Of a DNA stretch of 64,000 nt, positions 32,232-41,223 are shown piece after piece; the stretch's first letter is position 1, and every line of letters starts with the position of its first letter. Source of the DNA: Histomonas meleagridis 2922-C6/04-290x (taxonomy: Eukaryota; Protista; Parabasalia); NCBI GenBank assembly GCA_020184695.1, contig JAANOX010000254.1, positions 1 through 64,000 of the forward strand. Direction: 5' to 3'. A model generated the notes under the pieces. That model ran no database searches, was not told where the DNA came from, and was given only the letters and a program-made list of their open reading frames with translations. Position numbers and translations under genes: made by a program.

Positions 32232-34178
32232 TTACGTTCTTTTCTTCTTTTGCGACTTTATATTTCTCACCTCCATTGTCTGCACTTCTTCTTCCGCGTA
32301 CAAGTTTGCCTCTGTCTGTGCCTCTGCTTCCACTTTTTCCTTCACCAGCACATCCTTTGCCAGCCTGGACATCACGTCGATTTTCTCGAACATGAATTGC
32401 TCAAATTTTCCGATACTTTCTTTTGCGCATTTACTTGTATCGTTTAGAATTTCCTTTAACATTTTATGTATTTTATCATATTCCTCATTATCATAACCAA
32501 ACACGAAGCCTCCGTATTTCATTATCAGCATCAACATGTCAATTATTTCGGGTTTTGTTAATTTCATTTCGTCATGTAATGGATGTTTAAACTTAGATGT
32601 AGAAGGAGGACCGGATAAATGATGTTTACGTTGTTTAGGCGTTGCGCGAATAAATCGCGACGCAAGTGTTGTTACATTTTCAGCTTCTTTACTAAATTCG
32701 ATTTTCTTTTCTTTAGAAGAAGAACATGATGAAGAAGATGAAGAAATTTTCTCATGATTATGAAAATAATTATTTAATGGGTTTTCATTCATTTCATCTG
32801 TTAAAAGATTTAATCCAAATGTACATGCAAATGAAATAAGTGTTTCTAAAATAGATTTATTTCGTGCATTACTTTGCGTACATTGGATATGATTAAATGA
32901 TAACTCAACATAACTTTTAAGAATTTTATTATACATAATTGTTGTAAGACTTTTAAGATCAGAAAAATGAATGATGCGATCTTTAAGTTCACAAATCTCA
33001 GTATAAGTGGAGTTAAGATTATCATGATATTGACTAATTTTCTCAAGTAGTTTAAAGTTCTCATTAGACATCTTTTCAAGACGGGGAATATGTGACGTAG
33101 AAGTCTTCGGAACTTGATTTGAACGAAGCTCCAGAATTTCGTCGTAAAGTTTCGAATTCGTCGATTCGAGTTTTGATGTGATTCGTTTGAGAATTTCAAT
33201 TTTTTCGGACTGTGAGTTGGATTTAATGAGATTCTCAACTTCTTCGGGCTCAACAGAATTACCAAAATCTGATAACTCAAATGAATCTGGAGGTGTATCA
33301 AATCCAGGATCATTACATATTGATGAAAAATCTTGCTCATCTGTGGGAGGTTCTGGTTTGGAATAACCAAAGATATCACAAAGAGATTCAAGAATTTGTT
33401 TTTCAGTGAAGATTTCATGTGTAAATACTGAACTAATTTGACGATTGATAAGTGGAGAAAAGGAACTGAATTTTCGACGTTTGGTAAATGAGTCATTCAT
33501 AAGACTTTTTTCAAATTCTTTAAGTTGAAGATTTTCAGCTTCAAGAGATTTAACCTCATTGATGAGATCATTAACACTACCAAAGTTTTTAGTGACATCA
33601 GTTGTGGACTCTTGGCTTTGCTCAACTGCAAGTAATCGTTTTTTATAGGAATAAGCTTCTTCTTCGATTAATTGAAGATTAGTATCAATAAGCGAAAAAT
33701 GATATTCAATATCACTTATGTTTTCTTTTTTTATTGGATGTCTTTTGTGTGGGCGATTTTGAGGATCAATTGATTGGAGTTCTGCTTCAGTTTGGCGGAT
33801 TTTATCAATAATTGATTGTTCTGGATGTTGTGCAAGAAACTCGTCTGCTACCTTTAAAAACTCTGTATTTTTTCGTAATGAGTTTGTTTTTTCAATTAAA
33901 TCAGAATTTATTTTTTGAAGATTATCAAGTTCAGATTTTTTTAATTCATTATATTTAACAACACCTTCAAAGTCAGCACTTTGTTTTTTCCAAAGTTCAT
34001 AAAGTTCCTGAAGTAATTGATTTTTTTCAGTTATTGATAATGTTGTTTGTGAAACCATATTAAGTTTTTTCTTCATTTCAAGTCTTTGATTAAAGGCGAC
34101 ATCAGGAACAGTCTTAAGATCCGGCAAAGGCTTTCTGTTAAATGAAGTTCTTTTTACTTGATTCTTTTTATGAATCAT
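32232..34178 (-). CDS. hypothetical coiled-coil protein (648 aa)
   Basis: Long ATG-initiated ORF with several heptad-rich segments; no family recognised. Confidence 0.75.
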   Translation of the reverse strand: MIHKKNQVKRTSFNRKPLPDLKTVPDVAFNQRLEMKKKLNMVSQTTLSITEKNQLLQELYELWKKQSADFEGVVKYNELKKSELDNLQKINSDLIEKTNSLRKNTEFLKVADEFLAQHPEQSIIDKIRQTEAELQSIDPQNRPHKRHPIKKENISDIEYHFSLIDTNLQLIEEEAYSYKKRLLAVEQSQESTTDVTKNFGSVNDLINEVKSLEAENLQLKEFEKSLMNDSFTKRRKFSSFSPLINRQISSVFTHEIFTEKQILESLCDIFGYSKPEPPTDEQDFSSICNDPGFDTPPDSFELSDFGNSVEPEEVENLIKSNSQSEKIEILKRITSKLESTNSKLYDEILELRSNQVPKTSTSHIPRLEKMSNENFKLLEKISQYHDNLNSTYTEICELKDRIIHFSDLKSLTTIMYNKILKSYVELSFNHIQCTQSNARNKSILETLISFACTFGLNLLTDEMNENPLNNYFHNHEKISSSSSSCSSSKEKKIEFSKEAENVTTLASRFIRATPKQRKHHLSGPPSTSKFKHPLHDEMKLTKPEIIDMLMLIMKYGGFVFGYDNEEYDKIHKMLKEILNDTSKCAKESIGKFEQFMFEKIDVMSRLAKDVLVKEKVEAEAQTEANLYAEEEVQTMEVRNIKSQKKKRT

Positions 34179-34357
34179 TTGTTGATAACGAACAATGGAT
34201 TCTATAGTTTACAAAAATAGGGCACCATAAATTAACGAACACTTTTCAGAGGAAGACGATATAAAATAATTTTTTGAAAATTATTTGAGAAGTTTACATT
34301 GGTGCACCAGAAAATTTGTCCGCATTAAATAACACAAGATAGGGTTTTATTGTTAAA

Positions 34358-35497
34358 TTATACGTTGAAAATCCCTGATTGAAGGATTTCCTTAGCAGTC
34401 GGGCGATTGCTCTTCCCAACCATTTTTCTTATCCATTCCGCAATCAAAGGGAAAGATTCCTGAAATTCCTTTGGAAGCCTTCCATCAGTTCTAAGGGCAG
34501 TGATTTCTTTTGCCTTCTGCATCCTTGTCTTGAAGAGCGAAAGAATTTCAAATGTTATTATTCCAAGTGAATATATATCATCTTTTTCACTGCTTCTTTT
34601 TCCCAAAAGTTGCTTGGGCGAAGAATAGAGAGGTGTACCAACCTCTCTTACCGTCTTTGCATTGTCATCAGCAGCTTCAATGCACAGTTGGTCAATTGGA
34701 TGAAAATGATAAGATCCGTATTTTGGTTCACCAAAGCTTTCCTCCTCGGTAACAAGATTTACTTTTGATACCTTGAATGTACTGATGCCAAAATCGATAA
34801 CTTTTAAGTTACCGTTTTCATTTATAATTATATTCGAAGGATTTATGTCACGATGGACAACACCTACCGAATGTATCTCTTCTAGAGCCTTTGTGAGCTC
34901 TTTTAAGATATACAATGCATTCTGAACATTGACACTTTTCCTCTCTTTGAGGAGATTTGCCAAAGTTTTACCAGAAACTAACTCTGTTTGTATGTATAAT
35001 GAAAAGTCGCCATTAACTTCGTCTTTATCAAGCCATGAGCTATAGTAACGAAGAATTCTTGGCGAATTTATTGCTGCCAAACATTGAACTTCTTTCATTG
35101 CTTGACTCATCTCATCCATCGTTATCGGAATAACTTTAAGGGCATACTGTTGTTTGTCTATGAGGTTTTGGATTTTATAAACTTTACCATATCCTCCTTC
35201 ACCAATTTCACCAAGTGATGAATAGACTTGGGAAAAAGGAGACCTTGCCCTTTGTACCTCGCATTCGTCTGTTATAAATCCTCTTTCTTTGAGTTGTTCA
35301 TAGATGGATTCGAATTTCCAGAGTTGATTTGAGTCCTCGCAAAGAGATTGGATTGTTGATACTAGCCATTTCTGGTTAGAATATGATTGGTCTTGACTCG
35401 GAATCTCTTGGTGTAGTGGTTTGAACTCAAAATCACAAAAGAATGGAGATTCTTCGATCATCTGAAAAATGCGAAATTTTGATCTTTTTGATAACAT
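34358..35497 (-). CDS. PEK/eIF2-alpha-kinase-like Ser/Thr protein kinase
   Basis: IGEGGYGKVYK, YALK, KEVQCLA, RYYSSWL, LYIQTE, HRDINPSN, DFG, VGTPLY, DIYSLGII and FKTRMQKAKEITALR are typical of the PEK family. Confidence 0.85.
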   Translation of the reverse strand: MLSKRSKFRIFQMIEESPFFCDFEFKPLHQEIPSQDQSYSNQKWLVSTIQSLCEDSNQLWKFESIYEQLKERGFITDECEVQRARSPFSQVYSSLGEIGEGGYGKVYKIQNLIDKQQYALKVIPITMDEMSQAMKEVQCLAAINSPRILRYYSSWLDKDEVNGDFSLYIQTELVSGKTLANLLKERKSVNVQNALYILKELTKALEEIHSVGVVHRDINPSNIIINENGNLKVIDFGISTFKVSKVNLVTEEESFGEPKYGSYHFHPIDQLCIEAADDNAKTVREVGTPLYSSPKQLLGKRSSEKDDIYSLGIITFEILSLFKTRMQKAKEITALRTDGRLPKEFQESFPLIAEWIRKMVGKSNRPTAKEILQSGIFNV

Positions 35498-37134
35498 AAT
35501 TGAGAGGGCCGATCAAAATAATTCAAAATTTTGAAATATTTTTATTCGGTCAAATTTCTTCCCATAAAACCTGAGGTTTTGGAAGATGAAACGTTACATC
35601 TTTATGTTCCAAAACTATCCATAAATTTTTAATAAATGAGATCTTCAAAAAAATTAAAACTATTTAAAAGTGGTTTTAAAATATTTTAAAATACAAGCAA
35701 AAAATATTCGACCAAATAAAAATCCAAAAGTGTCATAAATTTTATCTTGTTTTGTTTTCAAAAGAAAAACTCGATACTGTTTTCATGATATAGGCTTATA
35801 ATACGAAACAAAAATGAAAAATAGGGGGGAGAATGAAAATATGCATTTTAATTTTAATAGATGCTATTTGATAATGATATTTTTTGGTTTGATTTTTCCT
35901 TTGAAACACTTTTCTCAATTTTCAATTAAACTATGAGTGCTTTTCAAGAGAAAAACGATATTTGATCTCTGAATTTTCTGTTACTATTGTAAATGTTTTC
36001 GAGGACATAATTTTTCTGAAGATTATGGAAAATGTAAAACGGTTAATTGAAAGATACTTCCTCTCAACTGTGAACAGATTTCGGTAAAACCCAGATTATA
36101 ATCATCTGAAATTTTGTTTTCATCCTTTTAATCTCTCAATCTAAAAATTATAGATATTTATCTCATAATATTTTTGGAGGTTTGAAATGATTTGTAATTG
36201 TTTAAAATTAAATTAACTATATTTAATAAGTAAAATTCCAAATTGAAAAGTTGTTTACCGAATCAAATGAAATAAATCTGGAGTCAAGTTGAACTTTATT
36301 TTATGAATTTTATATTGCTCAGTTTATTTATATGGCTTATTTTACCCAAAACAGAGATACAGGTATTTGTGTTTTATCTTTAAATAATTGTTAACAAACA
36401 CAAAAAAAATTTCAAAATTACTTAATGTAATAACTGTATGTTTTTGTCAGATACATGTGGATCAGAATGTCTTCTTAAAGAAATGAACAAATTCGTATTT
36501 CATGAAATAATATAATTAAAACATAAGAAAGAAATCAAATTTTAAGAATTCTTCAAAATACTAATTTAGAAAAATTACTAGAAATATCAACACCATATCA
36601 TCAGCGTATACCAACTGATAAATTTCATTGGATGGTTTTTGTGGATCAAATGTTCAAAATACAATGCAATTGCAGTAATTACTGAAGGAATTTAAGAAAT
36701 TATTTGTTTATACATGCAAAATAATTCAATATTCAATATTGTAATAGAAGCAGGAACCGAATTTAATTAAATGAAATTATTAATATTCTTTATGATAAAA
36801 AAATTGATGAAAGAAAAAACTACATAAACTTAATTAAGTTTAATGAAAACGTTAAATGATACAATTGCATGTTATAAATATTAATTTAAAATTTCATCTT
36901 TTTATAAGTATTTTTTTTTTTGGATTATGGAGTATAATCATGAACAAGTATTTATGCAGCAAAAATGATTAATGCCAAAGGTATTTATTTCGTTTTATTT
37001 GCTTAATCATATGTTCTCAAAAAAATTTCTGGTTATTACTTTAACTTTACTAAAATAAACAATAAAAAATCATCAATCGTCGATTTATATCTATGAAAAA
37101 ATTCTCTTGAAGCAAATTTGTGAGGATACAAAAA

Positions 37135-37575
37135 TCAACCATCTTCTAAGAGCGTAACTTTCTGGAATATCGCATTATTATTTTGAATCTCTTGGATCTT
37201 TTCTGGAGGAGCATCAATTTGATCAAATTCCTGTCCACACGAAGGACAGCAATTATGAAATGGCCAATTTTCGTTGCACTTTGAACATGTAAAAACATCA
37301 CAGCATTTGAAATATTTTGCATCTTCAAGTACTGGCTTTTTGCATATTGTGCAAAGAATTAGTCTTGGCAACTCCATAAGTTCTTCCTCTCTTTTTGTTC
37401 TATGCACTTGATTTTGATCACCAACAAATTGTTTTAAATAAAATAAGTCATCCATTCGTAGAACATCACTCATTGTAAGTTGAAAATCTGTCATATGAAT
37501 TTTGTTGCAATTTGTGTCATCACATTGCTCTCCTCTAAGGCAGTGAATGCAAACTTCAGGTCTTATATCATTCAT
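37135..37575 (-). CDS. small CCCH-like plus RING-like zinc-finger protein
   Basis: CIHCLRGEQCDDTNCNKIH and CTICKK...CCDVFTCSKC...CPSCG. Confidence 0.65.
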   Translation of the reverse strand: MNDIRPEVCIHCLRGEQCDDTNCNKIHMTDFQLTMSDVLRMDDLFYLKQFVGDQNQVHRTKREEELMELPRLILCTICKKPVLEDAKYFKCCDVFTCSKCNENWPFHNCCPSCGQEFDQIDAPPEKIQEIQNNNAIFQKVTLLEDG

Positions 37576-37634
37576 TTTGGCTACTCGATTTGAGAATGTT
37601 TGCTCGAATTAAAATTCGTTTTAAATTTGTTGAA

Positions 37635-39101
37635 ATGCTTCTTTTTTTTCATTTTTTGGGAGATATAGTTGGAATTATTTATAATAAAACAGTAATTCAG
37701 AATTTAGTTTTACAGAATTTTTTTAATATGTCTCCCTTTCAAATGATATCAACCACATCGATGCATAAATCAATATGTTACCATAATATTCATATATCAA
37801 ATTCACTTGCTTCTTTTCTCAAAAGCTATTCATTGCAACCAATAAATGTGACATTTTCTTCATTTCAACACTTCACAGAAACAGTATTTTCAATTGAGCG
37901 ATATGATGAATCACATTACATAGATAGCGAAAGATACACAACTACATTTGATGTACCACAAACAGACTTTTTATTATCACTTCGACTTTGTAGTTTCATT
38001 AGTATAACATCCAATGCTATATACACAACATATGGTATCCGTCTTTATTCATGTTATTTCACTTTATGTGGTGGAAGTACTGTTGATAATGGCGGTGGAG
38101 TTTTTGCACAACTCACCAATTCATCACACCGAATTCTTGTGAATAGCTGTGATTTTGTTCATTGCTCTTCTAATAACTATGGTGGTTCTGTTTATGTAAG
38201 AAATGGCCAACTTGAAATCTTTCGAACTCATTTTATTTCATCTCGTTCAGCAGAAGGTGGTGCCATATTTTATGATCAAGCAAATAACTTAGATACATTC
38301 TTTATTATTAGTTGTATGTTTCATGATTGTACAGCAAATCTTCCATCATTAGGCCCAATTTTTTATGCAATTATGAACACTAATAATGAAGAAGGACCGC
38401 AAATAAATATTCACCATTGTAGATTTACACTTCCAGATGGCGACCGTCTACAAACTCTATGGTTTATTCAGAACTATCCAGATCCAACTATTCGATGGCA
38501 AATATCAGAGTTTCGTAATCGATTTTCTACAGCTATTGAAGATGTTCATATGCCTCCAACAAGTACATTTACTCCATCGCCGTCACAGACTCCAATGCCA
38601 ACAGCAACACCCACAGCAACACCAACAGAATCGCCAACTGCTTCACCTTTACCAACGCCAACACAATCTCCTACAGAATCGCCATCCATGTCACCGACTG
38701 AATCTCCTACAGAAACACCAACGGAAACTCCAACAATGTCTGTTCCTTCAATACCAACATTGGAACCACCTTCAATACCAACTGAGTCCCCAACAGAATC
38801 CCCAACCGAAACGCCTACAGAATCTCTAACAGAATCACCCACACAGTCTCCAACAGAGCAACTTACGCCTCTGCCAACGGAATCACCAACAATGTCACTT
38901 TTGCCGACAAGTACTCCTATGCCAACAGAAACCCCATATCCAACAGCTTCACCAGTGCCTGTTGAACCAGCTTGGGAAAGCATGAGAATGGGTTTATTAA
39001 TTTTCTTTGGAATTCTTTTAATTATTGGTATAATTGCAAATATAATTTTGTGTTTGTTATGTTGCAGAACTCATGATTTGTTCGCAAAGCAATACGTATG
39101 A
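37635..39101 (+). CDS. Pmp-like (GGA[I/V]-repeat beta-helix) type I surface protein with Pro/Thr/Ser stalk
   Basis: NGGGVFA, YGGSVYV, EGGAIFY with FxxC motifs; PTESPT stalk; single TM (LLIFFGILLIIGIIANIILCLLCC) and short tail. Probable start is ATG 37635. Confidence 0.75.
   Translation: MLLFFHFLGDIVGIIYNKTVIQNLVLQNFFNMSPFQMISTTSMHKSICYHNIHISNSLASFLKSYSLQPINVTFSSFQHFTETVFSIERYDESHYIDSERYTTTFDVPQTDFLLSLRLCSFISITSNAIYTTYGIRLYSCYFTLCGGSTVDNGGGVFAQLTNSSHRILVNSCDFVHCSSNNYGGSVYVRNGQLEIFRTHFISSRSAEGGAIFYDQANNLDTFFIISCMFHDCTANLPSLGPIFYAIMNTNNEEGPQINIHHCRFTLPDGDRLQTLWFIQNYPDPTIRWQISEFRNRFSTAIEDVHMPPTSTFTPSPSQTPMPTATPTATPTESPTASPLPTPTQSPTESPSMSPTESPTETPTETPTMSVPSIPTLEPPSIPTESPTESPTETPTESLTESPTQSPTEQLTPLPTESPTMSLLPTSTPMPTETPYPTASPVPVEPAWESMRMGLLIFFGILLIIGIIANIILCLLCCRTHDLFAKQYV
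38570..38960 (+). repeat. PTE(S/T) coding tetrapeptide repeat (mucin-like stalk)
   Basis: More than 20 imperfect P-T-E/Q-S/T units. Confidence 0.9.
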
Positions 39102-39237
39102 CAATATAAGAAACTGTTGTTTAGTTTTATATGTAATCAAAAAATAATTTTATGATTTTGTTTATAAAATAACATTAAAATAAAACAAGTCACCGTGTTC
39201 AAATATATGTGGCTATTACAACGCTTTCACGTGTTAG

Positions 39238-39396
39238 CTATGGAAATTCTGGCTTCGGAAGTTTTTCATTTCTTCTATAAGATCTTCCTGGAGGAGACGT
39301 TTTACGAATCTGAAAATATACTACGCACATCGCTATCAGTAAAAAGATGAATAGAGCAAGGCATATAAGGATATAATCGAACAAGAACCCACCCAT
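39238..39396 (-). CDS. small single-pass membrane protein (52 aa), below the ORF-track cutoff
   Basis: MGGFLFDYILICLALFIFLLIAMCVVYFQIRKTSPPGRSYRRNEKLPKPEFP*; GC-richer than the flanks; TM helix followed by basic residues. Confidence 0.55.
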   Translation of the reverse strand: MGGFLFDYILICLALFIFLLIAMCVVYFQIRKTSPPGRSYRRNEKLPKPEFP

Positions 39397-39579
39397 CCCT
39401 GCAGAAAAATTTTAACGTCCGCTTTCCTCTGAATTAACAGAAAAAGCTAATTGCATAAACTTATTCAAAAAGTTTTATCGTTCATTCTGATGAAACACAA
39501 CTGTTAATAAATATAAAATATATTTTTCACCTTCCTAAATAATATAAATTTTACTTTGTCCTATTTAAACATAAACATC

Positions 39580-40509
39580 TTATCTCACCTTATGTACCTG
39601 TAGCTCTTTCGCATTTTCCATCTTACTTCGAAGTTTGAGTCTCTTCTTTCTTGTCTTTGTGTTCTTTTCTTGCTCCTTCACAGGTTCATATGGAAGTACA
39701 TCACGTTGCTCGCCAGTGAGTTCTATGAACGCCTGCTTTTTCTCTTCGAGTGTGTGCCTGAGTGAAGAAGCTGTGTGTAATGGCGTGTCGCCGATTTGGA
39801 AAGTCTTCTTCTTTTCTTCAGCTTTAATCTTCTCAAGACGCTTCAGACGATACTTTAGACCAGGCGCTTTGCCTGAGAAGACATGTGATTGATGTTTAAA
39901 TGCTGCTTTGCCATTGATGAGATGACCACTTGAATCGCGATATTCGAGAACTTGCTCATCTTCTCCTTTGTGTTCAATCATGATGCCGTTGTGAATGATG
40001 AATTCAAGTGTTGGGCCTATACCAAAGCCTATAGGGCGATCATAATGAAAAACACTATTGTCTGGACCTTGTGGTTCAGGTGATTCATCTGATGCTTCAA
40101 GCGGCTTAAGTGCAGTAAGTGTAGCAAGCTTAGAATTGGTCGGTTTAGGTGCTTCAATTTGATTAAGATCATCAAGTTCAATACCAACCTTGGGAACAAT
40201 TTCAATAGTTGGCTTGGAAGTAGGAACTGGAAGAGATTCTCCTTGAGAAATAGCTTTCAATCGGGATAAAATATCTAATTTTGGTGAATCTGTTTGATTG
40301 CTATTAAAAGCAAACACATTGGTGGGTGGAGGAGGAATAAAAGAAGGTGTTGTTGTTGGATTTAAAGATTTACCAATATTATTTAATCGCTGTAAAACTT
40401 CTGCTGGACTTGGAGGGACATAATCAGGCGGAGCGTGAGGTGGTCTTAGATTTAAATCAGAATCATCAATAAATTTTTCTTCTCGTGGTGCTTTTTGTCT
40501 TTTTCTCAT
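39580..40509 (-). CDS. SART1: SART-1/Snu66 family tri-snRNP protein (short form)
   Basis: LEYRDSSGHLINGKAAFKHQSHVFSGKAPG..KRLEKI..GDTPLHT matches the conserved SART1 C-terminus. First ATG is 40509, after TCACT. Confidence 0.75.
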   Translation of the reverse strand: MRKRQKAPREEKFIDDSDLNLRPPHAPPDYVPPSPAEVLQRLNNIGKSLNPTTTPSFIPPPPTNVFAFNSNQTDSPKLDILSRLKAISQGESLPVPTSKPTIEIVPKVGIELDDLNQIEAPKPTNSKLATLTALKPLEASDESPEPQGPDNSVFHYDRPIGFGIGPTLEFIIHNGIMIEHKGEDEQVLEYRDSSGHLINGKAAFKHQSHVFSGKAPGLKYRLKRLEKIKAEEKKKTFQIGDTPLHTASSLRHTLEEKKQAFIELTGEQRDVLPYEPVKEQEKNTKTRKKRLKLRSKMENAKELQVHKVR

Positions 40510-40519
40510 TAAAAAGTGA
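40506..40519. promoter_or_regulatory. two opposed, interlocked Inr motifs (TCATT on +, TCACT on -)
   Basis: TCATT 40506-40510 (+) contains the antisense of the SART1 ATG; TCACT 40519-40515 (-). Confidence 0.6.
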
Positions 40520-40527
40520 CAATCTAA

Positions 40528-40983
40528 ATGCAACAAAATGAAGAAAAGCCAATAAAAAGATCTTATCTAAAAGAATTTTATGAAGAAATTTCGAATTTGC
40601 CAAACAAAGATAAAATGGCTCAAATAGGAATTGAACCCGCTGTTCTTGGAATCCCAAAAGAAAATGTTTCATTTGCAAAAATGAAATCATATTTTATCGA
40701 TCCTCCATATGATACAACAGAGCCAATAAGGATTCCAAAGCAATGGATTGACATTACAAATCTTGAATCACCAATTAAATTAATTCCTTTAATGCCTGAT
40801 CTAACATTATTTTTCATATTTTATTCACAACCGCATGACTTAGCGCAAATTACAGCTAGTGAAGAGCTACAAAATCGAGGATGGAATTATGATGAAGTTG
40901 AATCCAAATGGTCATGTGAAAATGAAACCGATACATTTGAGTTTGATCTTCATTCATGGTGTATCAAGAAGAAGGCACAATAA
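40528..40983 (+). CDS. NOT2/NOT3/NOT5 family protein (NOT box), CCR4-NOT subunit
   Basis: TLFFIFYSQPHDLAQITASEELQNRGWNY..KW..FDLHSW. Confidence 0.85.
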   Translation: MQQNEEKPIKRSYLKEFYEEISNLPNKDKMAQIGIEPAVLGIPKENVSFAKMKSYFIDPPYDTTEPIRIPKQWIDITNLESPIKLIPLMPDLTLFFIFYSQPHDLAQITASEELQNRGWNYDEVESKWSCENETDTFEFDLHSWCIKKKAQ

Positions 40984-41223
40984 CAAATTTTTACTGTGTT
41001 CAAATATTTACTCATTTGAGAAATCTCAATTAGATAACATGTTATATCGTTTTTATTAAAAAGTTGCAAATTAAATAGTTTACATGATTTTTAAGAATGA
41101 CGATAAGTTAATAACAGATAAATACAACAAAATTATGTATTTCACATAGAATTAACTCAATTTTATAAATTATATTAATTTTAATTTAATTTTTATTTTG
41201 GAATCTTAACATAAAAAACTTAT

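Noticed and set aside
35500-37100. Possible decayed ORFs in the 1.6-kb intergenic region
   Set aside because: Only short stop-riddled frames with no recognisable family.
38437-38983. ORFs 38546-38983 (-) and 38437-38829 (+)
   Set aside because: Shadow frames of the PTES repeat in the Pmp-like gene.
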